Virus record (IMG/VR): IMGVR_UViG_3300042566_000510
Coordinates: 1 to 64,000 of that record
Reading direction: 5' to 3' (one strand)
DNA length: 64,000 nucleotides
DNA from: a virus
The notes beneath the pieces were generated by a model, which saw nothing but the letters and a program-made list of their open reading frames with translations, had not been told where the DNA came from and ran no database searches. Shown here piece after piece: positions 20,037-29,300 of this stretch (position 1 is its first letter; each line of letters starts with the position of its first letter). Made by a program: the position numbers and the translations under genes.

Positions 20037-20528
20037 ATGACCGTTTCCAAAGACCACTCAGCTCCACCCTGGCAACCTGCCGGTGAGGACGAGTGGTTGT
20101 CGCTAATGGCTGGAAACGAGAATGCCGTTCGGTTCCTGCGTGATATTTCATTCTTGTCGCACGTCTACGACGACCTGATCGACAAAGACAAATCAGTGCC
20201 ACAAGACCACGTCCACGCATTGATGTGGAAGGCGCTGATCGCCATCCCGACTAATCCGTTTTACCAGGCGCATCAAGACATGCTGCGCCCGCTGCTGATT
20301 ACCGGGATCATCAACTGGCATGGGGCGAACCAGATTGAGGCGCGCGGCGACGTTGAGGAGCTGCACATCTCTCACGCCACGCGGTACTCCATTGGCGATA
20401 TTGCCTTGATGGCAATGGCCCTCACGGGCGGCCAGGAGCACGCGATTAAGAACGCAAGTCGGTGTCGTCTACTGTTTCAAAACGACACCTGGGAACATTA
20501 TTTGAAGGAGCATTCTCGTGCTAATTAA
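20037..20528 (+). CDS. DDxxD-motif helical protein (isoprenoid-synthase-like fold suspected)
   Basis: HVYDDLIDKD, IPTNPFY and W..AN..E motifs; immediately upstream of the ejection proteins. Confidence 0.6.
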   Translation: MTVSKDHSAPPWQPAGEDEWLSLMAGNENAVRFLRDISFLSHVYDDLIDKDKSVPQDHVHALMWKALIAIPTNPFYQAHQDMLRPLLITGIINWHGANQIEARGDVEELHISHATRYSIGDIALMAMALTGGQEHAIKNASRCRLLFQNDTWEHYLKEHSRAN

Positions 20529-21396
20529 AGACATATTCAGGCTGATCGTGCCGCAGTTCATGTTTGGATTGCGCCTTGACGTGGGCGGCGGCGATGCTCC
20601 AGCTCCAGATCCTGCGATTGGCGAGGCCGCCAAAGCGAATGCCGCGCTCGGGAAAGAGGCGTTCGACTGGTACAGCAACTACTACACCAACACAGTCGCT
20701 CCGATGCAGCAGCGTCAGACTGAGTTGGCCCAGACGCTGACCAATGATTACTTGGACACCTCGGCCCAACAGAAGCAGTTTGCGCAAGACCAGAATGCGT
20801 ACTACAAGTCTACGTTCCAGCCTGCCGAGCAGCAGATGGTGCGCGACGCCATGGACTACGACTCCGCGGCCAACATCAAGCGCGCATCTGGCGAGGCTGC
20901 AGCCAACGTCAACCAGCAGTTCAGCAACGCCCGTGGCCAAAGCGCTCGCTTGGCTGGTCGCTACGGCTTGGCATCCACCGCCTTTTCTGGCCCTGCTGGC
21001 GCCTCTGAGCGCGCTCAAGCGCTTGGCGCGGCTGGCGCTGCTACTGGTGCTGCCACCGCCACTAAAGACAAAGCCATCGCGCTGCGCTCTGGCGTGTCTA
21101 ACTTCGGTCGCAACATGCCTAACACGTCGGCTCAATACTTTGCAGGCTCCAACGCCTCCAACGCAGGCGCTGGCGCTGCCGCTGGGCAAGGCTTCAACAG
21201 CACCATGGCTGCTGGCGGCTTCATGAACGGAGGCTTCGGTCTTGGCATGCAGGGCAACAGCTCCGCAGGCAGCCTCTTGCTCGGCGACTTCCAAGGTCGC
21301 ATGCAAGGCTACGCCGCTGACCAGGCCGCGATTGGCGGACTGATGCAGGGTATCGGCAGCGTTGGTGCTGCCTACGGACTTAAGAAGTGGGGATAA
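20518..21396 (+). CDS. Internal virion/DNA-ejection protein (Gly/Ala/Gln-rich)
   Basis: GAAGGAG RBS, GTG start; GGG-APAPDP motif after a ~22 aa leader; hydrophobic Gly-rich C-terminus. Confidence 0.7.
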   Translation: MLIKDIFRLIVPQFMFGLRLDVGGGDAPAPDPAIGEAAKANAALGKEAFDWYSNYYTNTVAPMQQRQTELAQTLTNDYLDTSAQQKQFAQDQNAYYKSTFQPAEQQMVRDAMDYDSAANIKRASGEAAANVNQQFSNARGQSARLAGRYGLASTAFSGPAGASERAQALGAAGAATGAATATKDKAIALRSGVSNFGRNMPNTSAQYFAGSNASNAGAGAAAGQGFNSTMAAGGFMNGGFGLGMQGNSSAGSLLLGDFQGRMQGYAADQAAIGGLMQGIGSVGAAYGLKKWG

Positions 21397-21399
21397 CAC

Positions 21400-23361
21400 A
21401 TGGGACTCGGACTCGGAGCATTAGGCGGTTTAGCCAAGGGCATTGCCCAAGGTACGCAGATGGCGTGGGATCAGCAAGAGCGCGAGCGCCAAGCCGCACG
21501 CCAAGAGAAGATCGACGCCATGACGGAGGAGAAGTTTGGCCGCGAGAAAAAAGAGTGGGCTGACAAAGACGCCATCGAAAGGGCTACCACCGACATCATG
21601 AGCGCCGGCACGCAGACTCCAGGGTTTGCGTCAGAGTCCTCTTCTGGCAAGTACTTCAATAGAGATCAAAATGAAGCGCAGCAGCTCGCTGACCTCAACG
21701 CCGCAGCGGACGAAATGGCCGCGGGACCAGCCGGCGACCAAGGCGCATCGCAGCCGCTACAGGCATCTGTCAAGCAGGCAGCATCCGTTGCTGGCCTTGA
21801 CGGTAAGTCAAAGCTATTCACCGGGCTGAATGCCGCAACAGAAGCCAAGCAGTATGTCGACAACGGCGACTTCGGAAGCTACGCAAAATACACGACTCTG
21901 CGCGACAAGCTGGCCACCATGCCGGGTGGTCAGGAGTATGCCGACAAGTTCTTCCAGCGCATGAAGCTAATGAAGGAGGAAGGCCTTGACAAGGCTCTCT
22001 CATATCTTGACGCCGATCGACCAGAGGACGCCATGCGCGCCGCTCAGTCCGTTGGTCAGTACCGCCCTCCCGAAGGATCAAAGCTGGTATCAAGGCAAGG
22101 CAAGCATTGGCTCACAGGAGCAGATGACAAAGTCTGGAGCCTTGTTGACAAGGATGGGAAAGTCATCCAAGACGACGTTCGCCGGTCAATTGAAGGTGGC
22201 CTGCTCGGGTTCAAGGATCGCGCGACTATCGCTGCCACACTAAAGAAGTCCGAAGACTCCGCAGAGGCTCGCCGCTACGCAGCAGAAATGGCATTCCAGC
22301 GCGGGCTCATGCTTGGCGGAGGGGGCGGAAGGTCTGGAGGGTCTGGCGGATCCGGCGGATCTGGAAAGCAACCATCCGACCCGGCAATGAGCCTGCTTGA
22401 AGATGCGTACAAAGCTGACGCACCAGGCGGCGGGAAGCACACCGGAGCTCAGCTTATTGAGGGTACAGCGATGCTGGACGTCATCCCTAAGACCTTGCCG
22501 AATGGTACGACATTGTCTGACAAGATGCGCGCCCAGATTGCCTACGACGCATCTGTAAACCCAAACTCCACCACTACGCAAATCAATCCAACAACAGGAC
22601 AGATTGAGCGCGTGTATAAGATGGCGCCACGCCCTAATGCCGCTGGCAACATGATCCCAGCATCCATTCCTGTTGGGGTTTGGAGCGTAGATCAGGCGGT
22701 ATCAGCGGCCTCTACGGATGATGATGCAAGCAAAAAGGTGCGAGCCACGCTAGGCGCGGAGGTTCAAAAGATCACATCCGGATTGCCGCGGAATGAGCAG
22801 CAAAACGTCATTGACTCTGCATTCAGTGAGCGCGCCCGCAGGGAATACATGGGACGCTACCAAGGCGAGATTGCGCGTAGCGTTCAGGATCTCGACAAGC
22901 CGCAAGAGTGGAAGGATGCGTACGTCAAGCAAAACGTCCAAGCTCGTGAGCGATTGATTGACTTGCAGCGCGAGTTTGGCAAGAAGCCAGAATGGGTCGA
23001 AAAACAAGAGAGCCAAGCGCGCGTGAAGGCTGGCCTCGCCGCCACCGCCAATAGCAACTACACAGAAAGCCAAGCCGCATCTGTCAAGAAGTGGTTCGGC
23101 GATGAAAAGCCAATCATTCCGAGCATCACAAATGCAGCGAAAGGTTTGTACAACAGTGCGGCCGAATCTTTCAAGCAAAGCAATGTGCGGAGTGAAGACT
23201 ACATACGGAAAACCGTCGCAGACATCAATAAGACAGGAAGAATTTGGCCGGCTGACGCGTCAGCAATAGCAGCTACATTGAAGAGCAAGCCGGAGCTGAA
23301 GTCCCTCTTTACGCCTGACCAGCTAGAAGCAATTCAAGCCCGCACTGGCGCCCAGTTCTAA
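21400..23361 (+). CDS. Internal virion/DNA-ejection protein
   Basis: Gly-rich amphipathic N-terminus (GLGALGGLAKGIAQG) followed by coiled coil; lies between the pilot-like gene and the giant proteins. Confidence 0.65.
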   Translation: MGLGLGALGGLAKGIAQGTQMAWDQQERERQAARQEKIDAMTEEKFGREKKEWADKDAIERATTDIMSAGTQTPGFASESSSGKYFNRDQNEAQQLADLNAAADEMAAGPAGDQGASQPLQASVKQAASVAGLDGKSKLFTGLNAATEAKQYVDNGDFGSYAKYTTLRDKLATMPGGQEYADKFFQRMKLMKEEGLDKALSYLDADRPEDAMRAAQSVGQYRPPEGSKLVSRQGKHWLTGADDKVWSLVDKDGKVIQDDVRRSIEGGLLGFKDRATIAATLKKSEDSAEARRYAAEMAFQRGLMLGGGGGRSGGSGGSGGSGKQPSDPAMSLLEDAYKADAPGGGKHTGAQLIEGTAMLDVIPKTLPNGTTLSDKMRAQIAYDASVNPNSTTTQINPTTGQIERVYKMAPRPNAAGNMIPASIPVGVWSVDQAVSAASTDDDASKKVRATLGAEVQKITSGLPRNEQQNVIDSAFSERARREYMGRYQGEIARSVQDLDKPQEWKDAYVKQNVQARERLIDLQREFGKKPEWVEKQESQARVKAGLAATANSNYTESQAASVKKWFGDEKPIIPSITNAAKGLYNSAAESFKQSNVRSEDYIRKTVADINKTGRIWPADASAIAATLKSKPELKSLFTPDQLEAIQARTGAQF

Positions 23362-23394
23362 TCGAGTCAACACAAAGAAATAAGTAGAACCAGC

Positions 23395-26300
23395 ATGGAA
23401 TTCAAACCATCAATCTCACCAGAGCAGTTTGACATGATGCAGGGCGGTGGCCAGCCCACCTCGTCCGCCTCTCCGTCTCAGAAGTATGCCGGAGGATTTG
23501 ACGCTGCTGCGTCATTCACCCTTGGTGAGGAAGGTGGCTACGTCAAAGATGACGCCGGAGCCGGGGAAACAAACTTTGGCATCAACAAGCGGGCAAACCC
23601 AGACGTTGATATCAAGAGCTTGACCGAGTCTGGTGCGCGCGATTTATACAAGACGCGCTACTGGAATCCGATTGGCGGAGATGAGCTTGCAAAGCGCAAT
23701 CCCATTCTTGCAACCATCGCTTTCGACACGGCCATCAACATGGGCCCGACGACCGCCAAGAATTTTTTACGCGCCGCGAATGGAGATCCGGCAAAGGTTC
23801 TCGAGATGCGCGCTGAGCGCTATCGCGATCTGCTTGCAGCCGATCCCAAGAAGTTCGGCAAATACGCAGATGGCTGGCAATCTCGGATGGACAAGCTGTA
23901 TGAGCTTGCAGGGACTCAGCAGCCCGCAGCGCAGCCAACGAATGACTTCAGCGGGGAAGGCTCAACTGCTGGCGGCATCGATTGGAACGCCAAAGAAAAG
24001 GGCTTCGTTGATCGCGCGTCCGAGGGGTTTAAGCGCGGCTTTGATCAGTCCATTGGCTTAGGCCAAGCGGCTGCAGCATTGGTGAACCGCACAGTCACTG
24101 GTGAAAAGTACAACGAGTTTCAGGATGAAATGTTGCAGGCGGCAGGCAAGCGCATGCAGCCAGAGGGCAGCGCACCTACGCCTCAATTCAGCGACGTCGT
24201 TTCCGGCGGCGCGAACTTTAAAGATTGGCTTGCCGACTCGGTAGGCTACCTTGGATACCAGGCCGTTGAGATGGCGGCCTCGTTCGGTATCGGTGGACTC
24301 ATCGGTAAAAACATTGCCAAAGGCGCCGTCAAAGAGGTCGCCGAGGGCATGATTGAGAAAGAGGTCGCTCGACTCGCCGCCACCGACGCAGCCAAAACTC
24401 TCAGCAAGGATGAGATCGGAGCGCTCGCGGTCAAGAACGTCGCCGGCGAGATTGCTGGCAGCATGGCCACATTTGCAAACAATCTGCGCCAAACGTCTGG
24501 CGGCGTCTACATGGAGGCGCTGGACAATGAGGCGAAGACCGGCAAGCCAGCCGACTTAACCAATGCATGGGTCGGATCAATTGGATCAGCACTGGTTGAC
24601 ACCGCTGCTGACATTGCTGGCGCTCGAGGCATCTTAGGTAAAGCTGGTAGCGGAAACGCCACGTTTTTGGGCCGCGCTGCAACGCAAGTTCCGCGTCAGA
24701 TGGGGATTCAAGGCGGTACGGAGTACCTGCAAAGCAACATCGAAAACGCGGCAGCAGGCACAGACCCGTTCACCGAGAAGGCTCAGATTCAGGCGTTGAA
24801 CGAGGGCGCTGTAGGCGCACTTGGTGGCGTCTTTCCAGGTCTTGGGGAGGCTCGCGTTCAACGCGCTACAAACCCTTTGCAGTCAGTCATCGACCATGCC
24901 GAAAAGCCTGGCAGCGTGCTCTCGCGTGCTGTGGTTTCTACCGGCGTTACCGATCAGGCTGCAGCAGCGGCCGCATCAGAAGCCCTGCCTCCCGCGGCTG
25001 ACGACCTCGTGCAACGCGTGCGCGACGTCGAAGCCGGCATGCGCAATGGCCCCGTGCTCGACAACTTGCGTGACGACGGCGTTGACACCCGTGAGCTCCT
25101 CAATGACATGCAGCTTGCCCGTCGCACGGACGCGCCACGCGTTGCCCGTGAGGCTGCCCTCGAGCGCATCGAGACGGCGATCCACTTTGCAAACCAGGAC
25201 GCGCAACCGCGTGCGCCGCTGGACTCGATCCAGAGCAACCCCGCTTTCGACTTCACTCAACAAGAGCAGGTTGAGCCGCAACAAATCCCTGACTTGTCAG
25301 CAGTATCGACCGCGCTGCGTGACCCGAATCTGCGCAACACCATTTCTGACGAAGATCGCGACCAACTGCTGTATTTGTACAACATCGCCGGAAATAGCAA
25401 GGGTGATACCGTCGTGCGCACAAATGCCGCACGTCAAGCGCTCGAGATCGTCGGCCGCTATCAAACCCCTGTCGGCACGCCAGGCAGCACAACGCCCGCA
25501 TTGGAGCAGGCTGCGCAAGCGGGTGCTGCTATTGCTACGCCTGCTGAGCAACAAACTGTTGCCGCAGAACCCAAAGAGTTGGACTTCCTGCAGGCCGTGC
25601 CCGAGCCAAAGGTCGGCATCCCTGCCGGCGAAGGTCCGGCCTTTCTGCGTAAGCGCGCTGCTGTAGTCAAGCAACTGGTCGACAACGGCTTTGAGACCGT
25701 CCAGCGCGACAGCAAAGACTTCTACCTCACCAACACCAAGACCGGCCAAAAGTTCAAGCTCGACGGCTCAGCCGATGCTCAGCTCGCTCGCAAGGCGATC
25801 AAGGATCGAGTCGACGCGCTCGCTGCAACCAACGAGAAGAATCCGTCTCAAGCCAAGATCAACGCCAACAACTACAAGAAGTCCGACGTCATCGACTTGA
25901 ACGGCATGAAGATCAAGATCGAGAACGAGCGTGGCGACATCCGCCGCGGCGTCGGTCCTGATGGAACGCCGTGGGAAACAAAGATGGCTCACCACTACGG
26001 TGAGTTCCAGGGAACGATCGGCGCAGACGGCGACAAGCTCGACGTCTTTATTGGCCAACGCCCTGACAGCAACAAGGTGTACGTGGTCGACCAGGTCAAT
26101 CAGGACGGCTCATTCGACGAGCACAAGGTCATGATGGGCTTCACCTCGAAAGAGGATGCCAGCTCCGGCTATCTGGCCAACTACGAAAAGGGCTGGACCG
26201 GCCTTGGCGCCATCACCGAAATGAGCGTCGACGAGTTCAAGACCTGGGCCAAGTCACGCGCTGCCAAGAAGCCCGCCTCCAGCGTGCTCGAGAACGCCGC

Positions 26301-29300
26301 GGCCGCAGGCCAAGATCAATTCACCGAAGAAGAGAAGGCCGAGGAGAAGAGCGGCAAGTTCTTCTACGTCAATGACGGCGAGAAGCAGCACAAGCTCAAG
26401 ATCATCAAGCCCGGCGAGCTTTCCAAGAAGCCAAGCGCCGAGCGCCCCGGCAATCGTCGCCCTCTGACGCAGGCTGATGCCGCACTCATCGAGAAGGTCG
26501 CTGCACTTCTGGGCAAGAACGTCGTGTTCTTTGAGGCTCAAGAGGGCCGCCTCTCTGACGGCTTCGTACGCCCCGGCCAACCCGACACTATCTACGTTGC
26601 CACCGAGACCACGGTCAATCCGCTGGCAATCTTTGGTCACGAGTTCTTTCACACCCTGCGCGAGACCAATCCCAAAGCCTGGGACGCCGTCGCTGCCGTG
26701 GTGGGCACCAAGGTCACCGCCGCCAAGCGCTTCCGCAAGGACCGCTACGGCAAGAAGGTTGCCGACGCAAAGGGCGACGCCGCACTCAGCACTGAGGTTG
26801 GTGGCGAGCTCGAGGAGCTGGTGTCTGACCTGGGCGGCAACCTCCTAAAGGACTCCAAGTTCTGGAAAGAAGTCTTTGCCAAGATCGAAGCTGACAACGG
26901 CGCCGAAGCCAAAGGCATCATCGCCAAGCTGTCGGCCGCCATCCAGAGCGCGATCACTCGCATCGTCAAGGCGATCAACCAGCCAGGCTACCGCGCTGAC
27001 AGCTTCGTCAAGGATCTCGATCAAGTACGCGCTGCGTTCGTGGACGCAATGGCTGCGCACCTCAAGAATGGCGACGTCGAAAAGATGGCCGCCACCGCGA
27101 ACCAGAAGATCAAGAAGTCCGAAGATCGCGACGGCCTCACTGTCGAGGGCTATCACTTCAGCAAGGCGCCTCGCACCGTCTTGACCACCGCCATGTTTGG
27201 CACCGGCCTCAAGGGCAGCGCTCGCGAAGACATCAAGAACAACCCAGACCAGCGCCTGCGCCAGCGCCTGTCTTTCTACTTCGACAAAGGCACCGGCATC
27301 AATCCGGAAGCTGGCGTTGGCAGCATTGCCCACAAGGCAACTCTCACCAACATCTACGACGCCGATGCAGATCCGTTGCGCCTGCGTACGGGCGATGCAC
27401 GCGCGTTCGAGTCCAAGGTTCTGGATAACGGCTACAGCGGCTACCTCCAGCGCATGCAAGGCACGCAGTCCGGCCAGGTCATCTTGCTGGGCAAGCAGAC
27501 CGTCAAGCCCGAGATTCTCGGCGCTGTTGGCAAGATCACCAACGCCGAAGTGGTGCCAGCTCCCAAGCAGCGCGCCGCTGATGTTGGCGACCAGATCATG
27601 GCCAACAAAGATCTGCCAGCGGGCGCACTGACGCCGACGCAATGGTCAGAAGCGCTGATGCAGAAGATGCCCGAAGTGGCAGCACAGCTGATGGACATCG
27701 GCGCCTTCGAGGGCAACGACTCCATGTACAAGGATGAGCTTGTCGCCAAGGCGCGCCAGCTCTCCAGCCAGATCAAGAAGTCTGCCGATCGCGCACGCGA
27801 CGAGTACGCCGAAGTCGAAGCCAAATACAAAGGCACCGACGAATGGCTGAAGGCGCCCAACGGCGAGAGCACCAACCTCAGCGAGCGCCAGTGGATCCAA
27901 GTCCGCACGCCTTCATTCAAGAAGTGGTTCGGCGACTGGGAGAAGTTTGCCGGCATGCAAGGCGGCGTTTGGAATGACGCCAAGAACGAAGTCTCCAAGG
28001 CTGTCGACAAGAACGGTGAGCCGCTGGTCGTCTACCACGGCACCAACAAAGGCGGCTTCTCTGAGTTCAACACGCCCGGCGGAGAGAAGCGCGGAGATCT
28101 TGGGATTTTTACCACGCCTAACCTGGAGATGGCGCAGACCTACTACAGCCGTCGAGGCGGAGAAATCGATCTCTCCGACAAGGACCAAGGCGATCTCGAG
28201 GATATCGGCTACCAATTCAAGCCAGGCTTTATCGTCAAAGGAAGCGATGTTGGCTTCTTTGATAGCAAAGAACAATTGCTCGAAGAGGTTGAACTCGATC
28301 CCGGCGAAGAGATTGTCGAGGCATGGGATGTCACCGATCCAAACGGCTACAACGTAGACGGGCCGCGTGATCACTCGTACTACTTTGAATCGCTTGCCGA
28401 CGCCGTTGGCACAGTAAACCTAAATATGGCGCAAGAGTCGACGAAAGAGTCTGGCTATTACGCCCTGTTCGCCAACATCCGCAATCCATCCGAGAGCGAC
28501 TTTGAGGGCGCCAACTGGGAAGGTTCACGCGAAGGTCAGTACAACGTCATCAATCAAGACGGCGAGCAGGTCTACGACAAAGACGGTAAAGGTGTCTTCA
28601 ACTCCTATGACGAAGCCCAGGAGGTGCAGTTCGCCAACCCCGGAACTACGGTCGAAGGCGCGGCCGATCACTACGAAACCACCGATGACGTGGTTTTGAA
28701 TGCAAAGCGCTACGGCAACGACGGCGCTTACATGCAGAACGTCGTGGACGCAGGCCCAGGTGGCGGCGCGTACATCGACGAGCCATCCGATATCTTCGTT
28801 GCGCTCGATCCATCTCAACTCAAGTCTGCCAACTACAACAGCGGCGAGTTCAGCGTTGACAGCAGCGATTTGCGCTTCTCGAAAGACCGCCTCACGCGCG
28901 AAGATCCGTTCGAGATGTCGACGCGCATCCCAACAGCCAAAGGCAAAGTGGTCGAGGACCATGCCGGAGATCTCCTGATCTCCGACTTTGCCGCCGGTCA
29001 GAAGCAGGAGAAGTGGGTCAACTCGGTGGCCAACCTGGTCGCGCAGTACCCCAACTATCGCGAAGCAGACAGCGCCAAGACGCCAGCCAAGAAGCTCGAG
29101 CGCCTTGTCCGCCATATGGTTGAGAACCTCGTCTGGTTGCACAACCAAGTGCCGGCCGAGACTCGCCAACGCAGCAAGCTGTGGTACGACGGCGCCAACC
29201 GAATTGCCGAGCGCATGTCTCGCAAGTACGAGCTGACGCCAGCGCAATCGTCCGGCATCCTCGCCGTGCTAAGCCCGCAAAAAGACTGGTTCATGAACGT

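Noticed and set aside
22240-22260. LKKSEDS in the 653-aa ejection protein as a ninth linker motif
   Set aside because: It lacks the invariant Arg and is not at an evident domain boundary.
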